This document shows positions 19,495 through 29,789 of a DNA stretch of 64,000 nucleotides, in pieces. The DNA is taken from the IMG/VR virus record IMGVR_UViG_3300018080_000099, positions 192,001 to 256,000 of that record. One strand, 5' to 3'. This DNA is from a virus. A program made the translations under genes and the position numbers. The notes beneath the pieces were generated by a model. It saw only the letters and a list, made by a program, of their open reading frames with translations. It did no database searches and was not told where the DNA came from. Every line of letters starts with the position of its first letter. Within the stretch, counting starts at the first letter, position 1.

Positions 19495-22215
19495 ATGGCT
19501 AGGAACTTTTTACAGTATTCTGGGCTGACATACGAAGAAATCATTCAGCAAGTCAATGACAAGTTGAATTCAGACGAGAGGTTTGCGAACTTCAGAGAAT
19601 CTGCAATCGCCCAGACATTGGTAGAAATCTTTGCCGGTACAGTTGATATTGTCAACTACTACTTAGAAAGAAGAGCCGAAGAGTCATTCTTCGACACGGC
19701 AAGATTAAGAAGCTCGGTTATTATGTTGGCCCGTCAGTTGGGATATGTTGTTCAACGTCCTGTTCCTGCCGAAGCTAGCATCAAACTTAAACTCAAAGGT
19801 AACTTTGCTGGTATTGTCAACGCTAATGACCAGTTACAGATTCCTTTCCAATCAGTTTTCTCGTTCGGCGGTTTCAAATATATCCTGAAGAATACTCTGA
19901 CTATCAGCCTTTCCCCATATGTTGATAGAATGAATGCTCAGGGAAATGCTTTTGAAAGTGATTTCATTGAACTCGACATCGAAGGAAACGACATTGAAAT
20001 TGTACAAGGTGAGATTAAGGAAAAGGTTTTTGAAGGCTCAACAAATCCACAGGTTGGTTCGACATTCCAGCTGTACAGAATTGATGACACAGAGGCAAGT
20101 AACCGATACGGTTCCGAGGATTATACAGTTCCTGTAACGAAGGTATGGGTAGGAAACGTTAAGAACGATAATACCGAATACACCATTGACAGACGTTCTC
20201 TTATCAACTGGGAAGTTATTGATGCCGCCACAGGTGGAGAGACAGTTGATGTCTGTGTATTGCGAACCTCGATAACCGAGGGATTGGAACTACTCTTCGG
20301 TGATGGTAGATTTGCCGAGCTAGGTGCCACAACATCCGGGCAAGGAGCCCAGACATCATTCGAGAATGTTTATCTTCAGTACCTAGCAACTAAGGGTTCA
20401 TTGGCAAACCAGACGGGCGTTAAGGGCAAGAAACTCACATTTTCCGGTAAAGTATTCACTAACACCGGACAGGACATTACGGATAAGGTTGAATTCAACT
20501 TTAAAAGCAATATCACTGGTGGTGCTGATATGGAGGATATTGACTCAATTCGAATCAATGCTCCAAATATTTACTACACATTGGACAGACTTGTTTCCAA
20601 AGTTGACTACACGAACTATCTGAGGTCACTGACTAGCCCGATTGATATTAAGAACGCAATCGCTTGGGGCGAGCAGGAAGAACTTGAAAAGAGAAATACT
20701 GATGCGCTTATCCGAATGTTCAATATTGTTTTCTTCAGTGTTGTTGGTCCTCTTTATCAGGTTAATACATCACCATACTTTGCGAAGTCCAGAGAAACTG
20801 GATTAGATGATGCCGTTCTCGATTTTCGATTCGATGAAGATGAACTGAATCAAAGAAACTACTTCATTGTCTATACCAAGGGCTCTTCGGACAGCATTTG
20901 TGACTCCGGTAATATGGTAGAACAGCTTAGAGAATATCAAACAACAAGTTATGTCTGGAAAATGGCAGGCACGGATGTTGCTACAAGTGCTCAGAATGGG
21001 GATTATTGGTCAACAAACTATGGACAAAACACTTCCATTGATTTGTGGTATACGACTGATGCGACTATTAATGGGCCGACACTTTCAGGTTTTACACAGA
21101 TAACAATGGATACTAGGGAGCTTTCAGGTATTGCTAACAATGATACAGCTATGACAGAACTTGCATCACTGACTCAGGCACAGCTCCGAGGAGTTACGGA
21201 CAGTAGAGGTACGGGTCTGACTAATAACGCTAACTATGGTAGTCCAGCATTTCCAAACTCAACTGTGGCATGGAACTCTGTCAGTAAAGAATTTACGATT
21301 AGCTTTGAAGCCGATACTCCTTGCTATGCTACGACATTGAGCGGGGCAGTGGCAATTGATATGGGATTGTCAGTATCATCTCCCGACCTTGTGACGGTGG
21401 ATAGGGAACTAAGCAACAAGATTGTGACGGTTGTTAATAACCTGAATACAAGGTCTCAAACAACTATTAGAAACATTTATCTCAGTCCAATTATCCAAAG
21501 TTTCGATTTGAAGGGAACCGTTTATTTGAACGCTCTTTTTGATAAAAATGCTGAGAGAACCAATATTGAGAATGCGATTTATACTTGGTTGAACGACAAC
21601 GCTGACTTCAACGAGGAAATTTTCCTTTCTAACATTGTTGAAAAAATCGAACAGTTCCCGTCCGTTATCAATGCTAATGTAAGATTGGTTCCAAATGCTC
21701 CAGTAAATCCTGAGGGTGGGTTGTGGTATAAGTCTGGTAATAATAGAAATGTTGAAATTGCATTTTCGGATGCCACCGAAAAGGCACAAGCATATACATA
21801 TATTGATTCAGCAATTTCATCTTTCCTTTTTGGTTCCCAAGTCACAACGGACACAAGCGGAGCGGCCGAGTTTTATCAATCTTATGGAGCATTTATCATA
21901 CAAACTTACAACTTGGCTTTTCGAGTAAGGATAAACGAAAGGGATTTCCTTGAAACATTTGCAAAAAGCTTATATCTCACATTAAGAGGTGAAGGTGGTA
22001 ATTTTGCTAATTTTGCAGACAGTGATAACTTCATCGGAGTAATAAGCGATATTCATAAGGACTTTGCAACAGTGATAAAATATAACATAATGGATACTGC
22101 TGGTAATATTGCGAGAGAAGAGGACTCAAGAGGCAACTTTATAAAGGGCGGCTTCTCACTTGGAAATGAAATTGCCAAAATTAACAGCGTAATGACTTAC
22201 GAATACAAGGGGTAA
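19495..22215 (+). CDS. baseplate wedge protein (gp6 / Baseplate_J-like)
   Basis: 906 aa directly after the gp25-like gene. N-terminal region is typical of the J/gp6 family. Confidence 0.5.
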   Translation: MARNFLQYSGLTYEEIIQQVNDKLNSDERFANFRESAIAQTLVEIFAGTVDIVNYYLERRAEESFFDTARLRSSVIMLARQLGYVVQRPVPAEASIKLKLKGNFAGIVNANDQLQIPFQSVFSFGGFKYILKNTLTISLSPYVDRMNAQGNAFESDFIELDIEGNDIEIVQGEIKEKVFEGSTNPQVGSTFQLYRIDDTEASNRYGSEDYTVPVTKVWVGNVKNDNTEYTIDRRSLINWEVIDAATGGETVDVCVLRTSITEGLELLFGDGRFAELGATTSGQGAQTSFENVYLQYLATKGSLANQTGVKGKKLTFSGKVFTNTGQDITDKVEFNFKSNITGGADMEDIDSIRINAPNIYYTLDRLVSKVDYTNYLRSLTSPIDIKNAIAWGEQEELEKRNTDALIRMFNIVFFSVVGPLYQVNTSPYFAKSRETGLDDAVLDFRFDEDELNQRNYFIVYTKGSSDSICDSGNMVEQLREYQTTSYVWKMAGTDVATSAQNGDYWSTNYGQNTSIDLWYTTDATINGPTLSGFTQITMDTRELSGIANNDTAMTELASLTQAQLRGVTDSRGTGLTNNANYGSPAFPNSTVAWNSVSKEFTISFEADTPCYATTLSGAVAIDMGLSVSSPDLVTVDRELSNKIVTVVNNLNTRSQTTIRNIYLSPIIQSFDLKGTVYLNALFDKNAERTNIENAIYTWLNDNADFNEEIFLSNIVEKIEQFPSVINANVRLVPNAPVNPEGGLWYKSGNNRNVEIAFSDATEKAQAYTYIDSAISSFLFGSQVTTDTSGAAEFYQSYGAFIIQTYNLAFRVRINERDFLETFAKSLYLTLRGEGGNFANFADSDNFIGVISDIHKDFATVIKYNIMDTAGNIAREEDSRGNFIKGGFSLGNEIAKINSVMTYEYKG

Positions 22216-22218
22216 TGA

Positions 22219-24654
22219 ATGGCTACTGAACCCATTTTTGTAGTAATTACCAATGGATATGCAACGGGCGCCGGTCCAGTCGGAGGCCGAGACAACCCTT
22301 GGGATTGGGATAGGTTTATCTCTGAGCTTGAATATAGTCAAATCAACGAGTCTTATCCTGTTGGAGATTTTCGAGACATCATTTTCTACTTGTCGGGTAC
22401 AAGGTCAACGTCGGCAAGTGGTCAAGTCATTGCTATTAGCGCTAATTCAAATACAAGAGATTCAAATACAGTAACATACACGTTTAGTGGTTGGGATGGA
22501 GAACCGTATAGGATTTACGGACCTAATGCCATCAGGTGGGATACTAAGTTTATTAGCGATTTACGAATTCATGATATGATGCTGACATTACCCACGACAA
22601 ACTTTATTTTTGCTCCTTTGGATGTTGACCAACAAAGGCGAGGTACAGTCTACTTTGACAACTGCCATATTGCGGCTGGGGGAACTTTCTATTTCTCGCA
22701 GTTCCAAGAAGTCCAATTTGTCAACTGTAATATTAAGGCTAACGGGTTTACGGTAGTTAATGACTTCCGATTTTACAATGTTGGGGGAGTCGATATTAAG
22801 AACTCCATTATGGACGTTTCAGATATTTGGGCTACGGTGCCTGACGTTGGGTTTGTATCTCTGTACAATGTTGCTTTGACGAGTGCTGTCAGTGATTACA
22901 CGGCATATCAGGAAGGACTAGTTACCTATGAAACGATTCAGGAAAATTGGCCTTCTGCCACAGCATTTGGATTGGATGCTCCTGACTTGGTACAAAGCGC
23001 TTTAAACTATGTCAACGATGACTTTGGAAATATTTCAGCCGTTGATGGAGATACGACATATACGAGTAAGTGGTGGGACGACACAACCAGAGATGGTATT
23101 GGTGCTCTTTACTTCCCAACGATTTCAGGAGTTGGTATTTCAGCCAGCTCGGCTATTGGCGGATTCCCAATAACATCCGATTTTGTTTTCAGCGGTAATG
23201 ACCCATTTACAGTCTTTAGTGCGACCGAGGCAACATATTCTTTTGGAGAAGATTTTACGACTTCAAGTGTTTCAGCTAATGATGTTATTACTAAGGAGTT
23301 TTCTGGATATGGACGGTGGGATGTTGATGCCACAATAACGTCTTTTAATCAGTGGTATACAACAGCAACAGATACTTTTGTCATTTCAGCATATAATTTG
23401 AGTGGTTCATCTGTAACATTTGATTTTCGAAACATATGGACATCGGCAACTATTACTAGTGCTAATATTTACGATACTATATTACTGTCGGCCAACGTAG
23501 CCCCACCGGAGTATGGGTTCCAATATCTGTGGGATTTTGGTGACGGAACTTCCGTCGAAACATTTTCCGAATCAACAACGACGCACTTTTGGGAAACATC
23601 AGGAACGAAAACAGTTGTACTGACAGTTTGGAATAATTTTGGAGATGTGTCCGCTTCTGATACGAATACATTCTCAGTTTCAGCTATTATTCAAATACTG
23701 TATGTGAACATCAACAGTAGTTACACATGCGCGGCTCCGAACTCAGGAACTATTTCGGACCCACTAAACTACAATGAGTTTGTAGGACGGCTAGAGACAT
23801 CTGGAACATTTGGAGATATTTACAGGTTACAAGGCAGTCGTGTACTAACAAAACCGACAGGTGCATCAACCCCGTGGTATCCGATAAGCGCCGACCCGAA
23901 CATGAATTTCCAAATTGAGGCTTGGGATATGTCAGCATATGGTCCGTGGGTATTGATTCCTGAGGACTATGCTACGTCTGACAATACCAGACTCTCTTTG
24001 GCAGGAACAGTTTTAAGAAATGGAATCATTTACAACAAAACCTTTGGATGGCCAACAAGATATGGTGGACAAATCTATGTATCTAACCTCTACGATGTGT
24101 ATGTCGTTTGTCAGGGAGAAGGTAGTTACATTACTCTTGTTCCTTCACCATCTGGAACGACAAGAAGGGATGGACAGGTTTCAGAGGTAGATTTGTCTGG
24201 AGTCAACATTATTGGTTCAACGCTTTACACAACTAGTGGATATTATGATGAAGCCACTGATGCACATACGGTTAGCTTGATTGATTCAGTATTTAGGAAC
24301 TTACAAAATGTTTCAGCTAATGATGAAACGCTATCAGGTTCATTCTCAGCGGCGGATGTGGTAATTCTTTACTGTGCTGTCAGTAACGCATCTTCGGATG
24401 TTGCTGGAGACTTTAACATTACATCGGCATCTAGTGTACAGTACAACTGGACTCCGCCAACGGATTATCCGTTTACGCCTGATAACGACTTGTACAATAA
24501 GGACATTGCATATATACTGATAAAAAAATCTCAGCTCAGACCATTTGATGGAATTGGATTTCCACCGAATCCGGGTTACAACTTCTCAGCATATCCGGGA
24601 TATGATACTGGATTGTTTGGGGAAGATAGAGCTTCATACTCAGGAGACTTATAA
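22219..24654 (+). CDS. tail fibre/tailspike protein with a PKD domain and a C-terminal adaptor module
   Basis: 811 aa. YLWDFGDGTSVETF...TKTVVLTVWN is a PKD signature. C-terminal block YVNINSS...DPLNYNEF...AWDMSAYGPWVLIP matches the shared module. Confidence 0.5.
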   Translation: MATEPIFVVITNGYATGAGPVGGRDNPWDWDRFISELEYSQINESYPVGDFRDIIFYLSGTRSTSASGQVIAISANSNTRDSNTVTYTFSGWDGEPYRIYGPNAIRWDTKFISDLRIHDMMLTLPTTNFIFAPLDVDQQRRGTVYFDNCHIAAGGTFYFSQFQEVQFVNCNIKANGFTVVNDFRFYNVGGVDIKNSIMDVSDIWATVPDVGFVSLYNVALTSAVSDYTAYQEGLVTYETIQENWPSATAFGLDAPDLVQSALNYVNDDFGNISAVDGDTTYTSKWWDDTTRDGIGALYFPTISGVGISASSAIGGFPITSDFVFSGNDPFTVFSATEATYSFGEDFTTSSVSANDVITKEFSGYGRWDVDATITSFNQWYTTATDTFVISAYNLSGSSVTFDFRNIWTSATITSANIYDTILLSANVAPPEYGFQYLWDFGDGTSVETFSESTTTHFWETSGTKTVVLTVWNNFGDVSASDTNTFSVSAIIQILYVNINSSYTCAAPNSGTISDPLNYNEFVGRLETSGTFGDIYRLQGSRVLTKPTGASTPWYPISADPNMNFQIEAWDMSAYGPWVLIPEDYATSDNTRLSLAGTVLRNGIIYNKTFGWPTRYGGQIYVSNLYDVYVVCQGEGSYITLVPSPSGTTRRDGQVSEVDLSGVNIIGSTLYTTSGYYDEATDAHTVSLIDSVFRNLQNVSANDETLSGSFSAADVVILYCAVSNASSDVAGDFNITSASSVQYNWTPPTDYPFTPDNDLYNKDIAYILIKKSQLRPFDGIGFPPNPGYNFSAYPGYDTGLFGEDRASYSGDL

Positions 24655-25574
24655 TGCCTTCAGCATTCTATGTAGATTTGGATGTCGCTGGAACAGGTGG
24701 AGCCGGAACACAGGGCGACCCGTGGACTTGGTTGGACTTCTATGCCGAAGTTAGTGCCGGTGGTGGTGCATTATCGGCTGACGATACTGTTTTTCTCAGA
24801 GGCGAAAAAGACATCACGGATAGCCCATCTGGTCCAAAAAGCTTTTGGCAAGTTTATAGAGGCCAATTCGAACTTTTCAATATGAGTGCTTGGGATTTGT
24901 CAGCGTATGGTCCGTGGCGAATATACGATACTGATAACCGAATACATCTGAACGGAGTATATCGCATTCATGGAGGACTTGTTCAATCGGATTATGAGCG
25001 TACAGGCGCAGATAAAACAGCTAATCGTCCGTCAATTTCTATTAATGCTTTTGAAGTGGAGAATTGTTTGCTGAGAGGAGAAAGCATTGCTATTCGCTCG
25101 TTTGTGTACACATCTGCTTTTGCCGACGTACTTTATCCGACTGGTGGTGGATACTGTTCACAAAATTATTGTGGAGGTAGTTCAGCCACAATAGATATAC
25201 GTGGATGTACAATTATTTGTGATAAGGACGATAATTTAGCAAAATTTGATTTTGATTTAAGAGTGCCGACTGTTGTTACTATTAAAGACTCTATTGTGTA
25301 TATCTCGGAACAGCAACTTTTGAAAGGCAGAGGGCCAGCAACAACCCCAACATCGGCGGTATCTGCTGTCTATGATTGGGTGGCAACTAGCGCGGCGTCC
25401 GTGGAAGAACTATCTGGGACGGGAATTAACGCCGTCAACACTTCAGCATCAAGCAACATGCAGTACAGCTGGCAAAGAGAAGTAGACTGGCCAAACTGGG
25501 ATGACGAAGAACCAGCATTTTGGTATAGCATATTAGGACAAGGTATAACGATTTCAGGCTCAGGTGAGTGGTGA
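24654..25574 (+). CDS. short tail fibre / tailspike paralog
   Basis: Begins with the shared module: FYVDLDVAGTGGAGTQGDPWTWLDF ... SAWDLSAYGPWRIY. The beta-helix-like N-terminal motif Y-V-D...G-T-G...D-P is present. ATAATG overlap with the upstream gene. Confidence 0.5.
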   Translation: MPSAFYVDLDVAGTGGAGTQGDPWTWLDFYAEVSAGGGALSADDTVFLRGEKDITDSPSGPKSFWQVYRGQFELFNMSAWDLSAYGPWRIYDTDNRIHLNGVYRIHGGLVQSDYERTGADKTANRPSISINAFEVENCLLRGESIAIRSFVYTSAFADVLYPTGGGYCSQNYCGGSSATIDIRGCTIICDKDDNLAKFDFDLRVPTVVTIKDSIVYISEQQLLKGRGPATTPTSAVSAVYDWVATSAASVEELSGTGINAVNTSASSNMQYSWQREVDWPNWDDEEPAFWYSILGQGITISGSGEW

Positions 25575-25581
25575 AACATCA

Positions 25582-25589
25582 TATAAATA
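25582..25589 (+). promoter_or_regulatory. TATAAATA late-promoter motif
   Basis: Exact motif about 35 nt upstream of the 25623 start. Confidence 0.3.
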
Positions 25590-25622
25590 CTCACTCTACA
25601 AGGAAATCAATGAGGTAGGTTA

Positions 25623-27300
25623 ATGGCAACATATTATGTAGACTTTGCAGTTACTGGAACAGGACAAACAGGAACCGAATACGACCCATTTGGTTGGAAT
25701 GAATTTTCAGCTTCATGGGGCAGTAATACTTACTATATTCGGGGAACTTACTATTATGTTGGCGCAGGCTCAGTGTCGTATTTTGGTGGTAATAACGATA
25801 CAGTTTATGCTTGGGATTTGGATAAGTATGGGCCTTGGAGATTGAGTGCAAGTAATACCACAACGGTTTATGATGTCAGAGCAGACATAAACGATGGCAT
25901 ATGGGAAATTGACGTTACAAGCTCTATTTTTAGGGCAATTCATAATTGCTACGTCTATACTGCCATCCAAAATGGAACAACAAATTTAGATTTCAATGAT
26001 TCCACAATTATTGTTCCGGGCCATCAGATTCCAACTAATCCTAACGTTATTTCAGGATGTATTCTTGATACAGGCGGCACTTTTGCACTACAATCGAATG
26101 TAAGCGCTACAATAGAAAATACTATCACAGATAGATTAAGCCTTAGTGGTTCAACACCAGTTTTTACTACTGCCGGTGGTTCTGGACAGGCGGCAATAGA
26201 TTTGGGAGGAAACGTCTATAGCGCAACTTTTAGCGCGGCACCTTCATTTACTGAAACTGATTTGACCGAATTCCGTTTGGGAGTTTCTACAACATCCGCT
26301 TTTGGACCTTCGTGGTCTCAAGGACGAACAAAGTTCTGGGTTTCGTTTGACTTAACGTCTACTGCCGGTTTGGGATATGAAAACGACCCTTATGGATGGA
26401 ATGAGTTCTCAGCTTCTTGGGGTGGCGGAAAGGAATACTATATTAAGGGTTCTATTGTCGAACCATTGGTGAAAATTGGTGGAGTTGATTATATTGGAAA
26501 TGGCGCTGATACTTGGTATGCTTGGGATATGGATAAGTATGGTCCTTGGAGATTTCAACCAGCAAGCAACCCCGACTGGCATCAGTTTGATGCGGAATTA
26601 CACGAAGGAATAATTGATAGTAGTTTTACGGATACTGTATTTGGAGATGTATATGATTGTGCTGTGGAAGTAAATTGGCGTAGTAGTATCGGAAACTTCG
26701 ATTTCTACGACTGTACTTTTGTGGGAACGGATTCCGTAATATTAGGCGGTACAGTTAATACTCTGAGTGGGTGCATTGCTAAAACAACATCATCGTATGG
26801 ACTCGGACAGAATGATACTGGTAGAATTTTGGACTCCGTTACAAACCGTTTAGCAGTTTCTGGAGGAGGCTCACCATTTTACTCACAAGCCGCGGCACCA
26901 CCGCAGTACTATGACGGAACGGGAACAGTTTATGGAGAAACGCTGAATAATTGGCCGGGACTGTATGAACAAGAACTTTCGGCATATGCTCTTGGAGTTT
27001 CACTCACAAGCGGATTTGGTCCGTACTGGTTGTCAGCAACCCCTGCTTTGTATGTCAATCTTGATACTTCAGCTGTGGCTGGGGATGGGTCGAGTAGCAA
27101 TCCATACAACTACACACAGTTTGCCGACTTTGGGCAAGGGTCAAAGAATCAATATATTTTAGATGTAGGATTAAGTGCTACATTCAGATTGAAGGGAGAA
27201 ACAACTCTATCGGGAACAAACCGTAAGGTTCTTTTCCCCGGCACAACAACAACTGTTACATCGTGGGAGCCACTGTCAGCATATGGTCCGTGGAGATTCC
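25623..27300 (+). repeat. three dispersed about 230-nt coding repeats (adaptor module) within one gene
   Basis: Nucleotide-level similarity, e.g. gatttggataagtatgggccttggagattg (25816) against gatatggataagtatggtccttggagattt (26527). Confidence 0.6.
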
Positions 27301-27914
27301 ATAACACGATTTCAGCGGTTGATGCCGACTCAGCTGTTGAGTTTGGGGCCAAGACAATTCGAAATGGAATCATTTATACGAGTGGAGCAACGGAGGACGT
27401 TAATACGGAAATATACTTCTTCACGAAGGAGATGGAAAACCTGTTTGTTTTGGGAAACCCAACATTCGCCTCGTATTGGTATGATAGAGGAATATTATAT
27501 TGCTTCCAGCCATATTGTGGAGTTGAGGATGGCGAGGACATAGATATTAAAGGTTCTACAATTCTGTCAATGCAAAGTAGTGCATACGGTGGTTTTGGAT
27601 ATGATTTAAGGAGTAACTTCAACTTTGATATAAAGGATGATGTTATAATCGTATCAGCATTTACTGACAGGAATACAAATGGGGCTGGTACGAATGCACA
27701 GACATCAGCCATTAGCGCTGTCATACAACATACTGTGAACTATGAGTCTGACGTTAATACTATCAGCGGAGACATAAATGATATTTCGGGAGGTCCGGGT
27801 AATCAGTTCGATTGGACACCACCGACATTTCCTACATGGGATGGAGACCGTGATGAATATAAGTTTGAAACATTTGGAGCAGGAATAACAATTAGTGGTT
27901 CAGGAGATTGGTAA
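25623..27914 (+). CDS. tail fibre/tailspike protein carrying three tandem copies of the shared adaptor module
   Basis: 763 aa. Module copies at about aa 1-75, 238-318 and 468-555, each with YV(D/S/N)...GTG...DP(F/Y)...AWD(L/M)DKYGPWR(L/F). Confidence 0.55.
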   Translation: MATYYVDFAVTGTGQTGTEYDPFGWNEFSASWGSNTYYIRGTYYYVGAGSVSYFGGNNDTVYAWDLDKYGPWRLSASNTTTVYDVRADINDGIWEIDVTSSIFRAIHNCYVYTAIQNGTTNLDFNDSTIIVPGHQIPTNPNVISGCILDTGGTFALQSNVSATIENTITDRLSLSGSTPVFTTAGGSGQAAIDLGGNVYSATFSAAPSFTETDLTEFRLGVSTTSAFGPSWSQGRTKFWVSFDLTSTAGLGYENDPYGWNEFSASWGGGKEYYIKGSIVEPLVKIGGVDYIGNGADTWYAWDMDKYGPWRFQPASNPDWHQFDAELHEGIIDSSFTDTVFGDVYDCAVEVNWRSSIGNFDFYDCTFVGTDSVILGGTVNTLSGCIAKTTSSYGLGQNDTGRILDSVTNRLAVSGGGSPFYSQAAAPPQYYDGTGTVYGETLNNWPGLYEQELSAYALGVSLTSGFGPYWLSATPALYVNLDTSAVAGDGSSSNPYNYTQFADFGQGSKNQYILDVGLSATFRLKGETTLSGTNRKVLFPGTTTTVTSWEPLSAYGPWRFHNTISAVDADSAVEFGAKTIRNGIIYTSGATEDVNTEIYFFTKEMENLFVLGNPTFASYWYDRGILYCFQPYCGVEDGEDIDIKGSTILSMQSSAYGGFGYDLRSNFNFDIKDDVIIVSAFTDRNTNGAGTNAQTSAISAVIQHTVNYESDVNTISGDINDISGGPGNQFDWTPPTFPTWDGDRDEYKFETFGAGITISGSGDW

Positions 27915-29779
27915 TGGCCGAACAGGGATATGGCACAGGACTATGGGGAGAACCTAGAGAGGGACCGGGTGCTTTTGACTTTGAGGAAGATGAGTCGAGT
28001 AGCTCAATTTCATCTTCGGAGTCGTCAGTGTCTGAGTCATCAGTTTCGGAATCTTCGGATTCGTCATCGGATTCTTCAGTATCTGAGTCATCAGTATCGT
28101 TTTCTTCTGAATCTTCATCGGACTCATCTTCTGATTCTTCAGTATCGGAGTCGTCAGAATCTTCATCGGATTCATCAGTATCCGAGTCATCGGACTCTTC
28201 ATCAGATTCGTCAGTATCGGAGTCGTCAGAATCGTCATCAGATTCGTCAGTTTCAGAATCTTCGGAATCGTCATCAGATTCGTCAGTATCGGAGTCGTCA
28301 GAATCTTCATCAGATTCGTCAGTATCGGAGTCGTCAGAATCTTCATCGGATTCATCAGTTTCAGAATCTTCGGAATCGTCATCAGATTCGTCAGTTTCAG
28401 AATCTTCGGAATCGTCATCAGATTCGTCAGTTTCAGAATCTTCGGAATCGTCATCGGATTCTTCGGAGTCGTCATCGTATTCGAGTTCATCAGGAGATGA
28501 ACCAGATACATTCTATGTAGACCTTACAGAAGTAACAACAGGACATGCTGGAACAAGTGCGGACCCATTCAACTATGATGACATGGTTGACAGAATTACA
28601 ACATGGCAAGTTGATGGTGATGAATTTCTTATTAGTGGTTCACGTGAAGTTAGTGCAAATCTTTTGGCTAATGAATACCACTACTTTACAATGGATGCTT
28701 GGGACATAGATGTAGCAGGCCCTTGGAGATTAAAATATAACGGAACGTCAGCGGCAACAATTCAGTGCAGAAGAGCTTTTTTGAAAAATGGTGTTTTAGA
28801 CACTAATAATTTTGCTGCTCAGCTTGGGCGAATGCAAGATATGGTTTGGATTGCTCGCAACCTCCAAAATCATTGGGCATGGCCATTAAGTGCGGGTGAT
28901 AGAAGTAGCGATTATAATACTCTTATAAACTTAAATACTTCGGCGGATGTTCCAGTTGTTCCTGAAAATATAACACAAGTTTATTTGAATTCAATAACTA
29001 CATCAGGAGTTTCTGCCGAAGGAATCGAATATAATAACTGTATTTTCTATACGAGTGGTGGAAATAATCCTTTCGCAGATGGTGGAACATCGGCCGGTAC
29101 TTATCCAATATCAGCTTTTGATTGTATTACGGACGCTCCAACGTCTGCGGAGTTTTTGATTACAAGTGCGGATGGTGGTTGGCCGGGATTGGTTGAAAAC
29201 AATTTCCAGTATGGTGTTGAGCTAACAACAATTAATCCTGTCCCAGAGTGGTCAGCATCTGACTTGTCTCTATTCAATTTGGATATAGGAGCAGGCTACG
29301 GTCCAAGATGGTCTTGGTCGTCTACCTCTGGTAGCATTGGTGCATTCTACTTCGGTCCAATTAGTGAAACTGTATCGGCTGATGTACTTGAAGTTTCGGC
29401 AGTACTGCTTATACCGACAGTCACGCTTGTCAACCCTCAGAGTGCGGAAGCAACTCCGCAGAGAATGTCGCATAGACACATTCTGCTTCAGCCGACTGTT
29501 TACGCAACACAGGATATTAAGGTTGACTTTGTTGGAAATGTTCTTTCAGGACCATCACCGTTGGTAGTTCAGTTCACGGCATTTGTAACATTCTCGCCTG
29601 AAATGAAGAATAAATATAGAGTGTCGCAGTATACGTGGTGCTTCAATTACGACCCAACAAACTCAGTTTGTAAAGAAGATGTGGTTGTCACAACCAACAA
29701 TCCGATAACTCGTACATTTACAGGTTACAGTGGGCAAGGATATTCTGTGACCTGTGCTGTAACAATAGAACCAATTTAA
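27908..29779 (+). CDS. tail fibre protein with a Ser/Asp/Glu-rich tandem repeat, the shared module and a C-terminal PKD-like domain
   Basis: 623 aa. 12-residue VSESSESSSDSS unit repeated many times. Then FYVDLTEVTTGHAGTSADPFNYDDM...DAWDIDVAGPWRL. C-terminal VDFVGNVLSGPSPLVVQFTAF...YTWCFNYD. Confidence 0.55.
   Translation: MVMAEQGYGTGLWGEPREGPGAFDFEEDESSSSISSSESSVSESSVSESSDSSSDSSVSESSVSFSSESSSDSSSDSSVSESSESSSDSSVSESSDSSSDSSVSESSESSSDSSVSESSESSSDSSVSESSESSSDSSVSESSESSSDSSVSESSESSSDSSVSESSESSSDSSVSESSESSSDSSESSSYSSSSGDEPDTFYVDLTEVTTGHAGTSADPFNYDDMVDRITTWQVDGDEFLISGSREVSANLLANEYHYFTMDAWDIDVAGPWRLKYNGTSAATIQCRRAFLKNGVLDTNNFAAQLGRMQDMVWIARNLQNHWAWPLSAGDRSSDYNTLINLNTSADVPVVPENITQVYLNSITTSGVSAEGIEYNNCIFYTSGGNNPFADGGTSAGTYPISAFDCITDAPTSAEFLITSADGGWPGLVENNFQYGVELTTINPVPEWSASDLSLFNLDIGAGYGPRWSWSSTSGSIGAFYFGPISETVSADVLEVSAVLLIPTVTLVNPQSAEATPQRMSHRHILLQPTVYATQDIKVDFVGNVLSGPSPLVVQFTAFVTFSPEMKNKYRVSQYTWCFNYDPTNSVCKEDVVVTTNNPITRTFTGYSGQGYSVTCAVTIEPI
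28005..28490 (+). repeat. 36-nt in-frame tandem repeat (about 12 copies) encoding the SSDSSVSESSES low-complexity region
   Basis: Units such as tcagattcgtcagtatcggagtcgtcagaatcttca recur directly in the sequence. Confidence 0.85.
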
Positions 29780-29789
29780 GGGGTAACGA

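Noticed and set aside
28005-28490. CRISPR-like appearance of the 36-nt periodic repeat
   Set aside because: The repeats are contiguous with no spacers, in-frame, and sit inside a fibre gene. This is a coding tandem repeat, not a CRISPR array.
27930-28520. Alternative-frame ORFs on both strands across the Ser/Asp/Glu repeat (27930..28520 +, 27954..28511 -) and across the acidic repeats (36398..36811 -, 36424..36672 +)
   Set aside because: They are artefacts of tandem repeats that are open in several frames. Their translations are repetitive nonsense (RSRQNLHQIRQY...), whereas the annotated frame joins conserved flanking domains.
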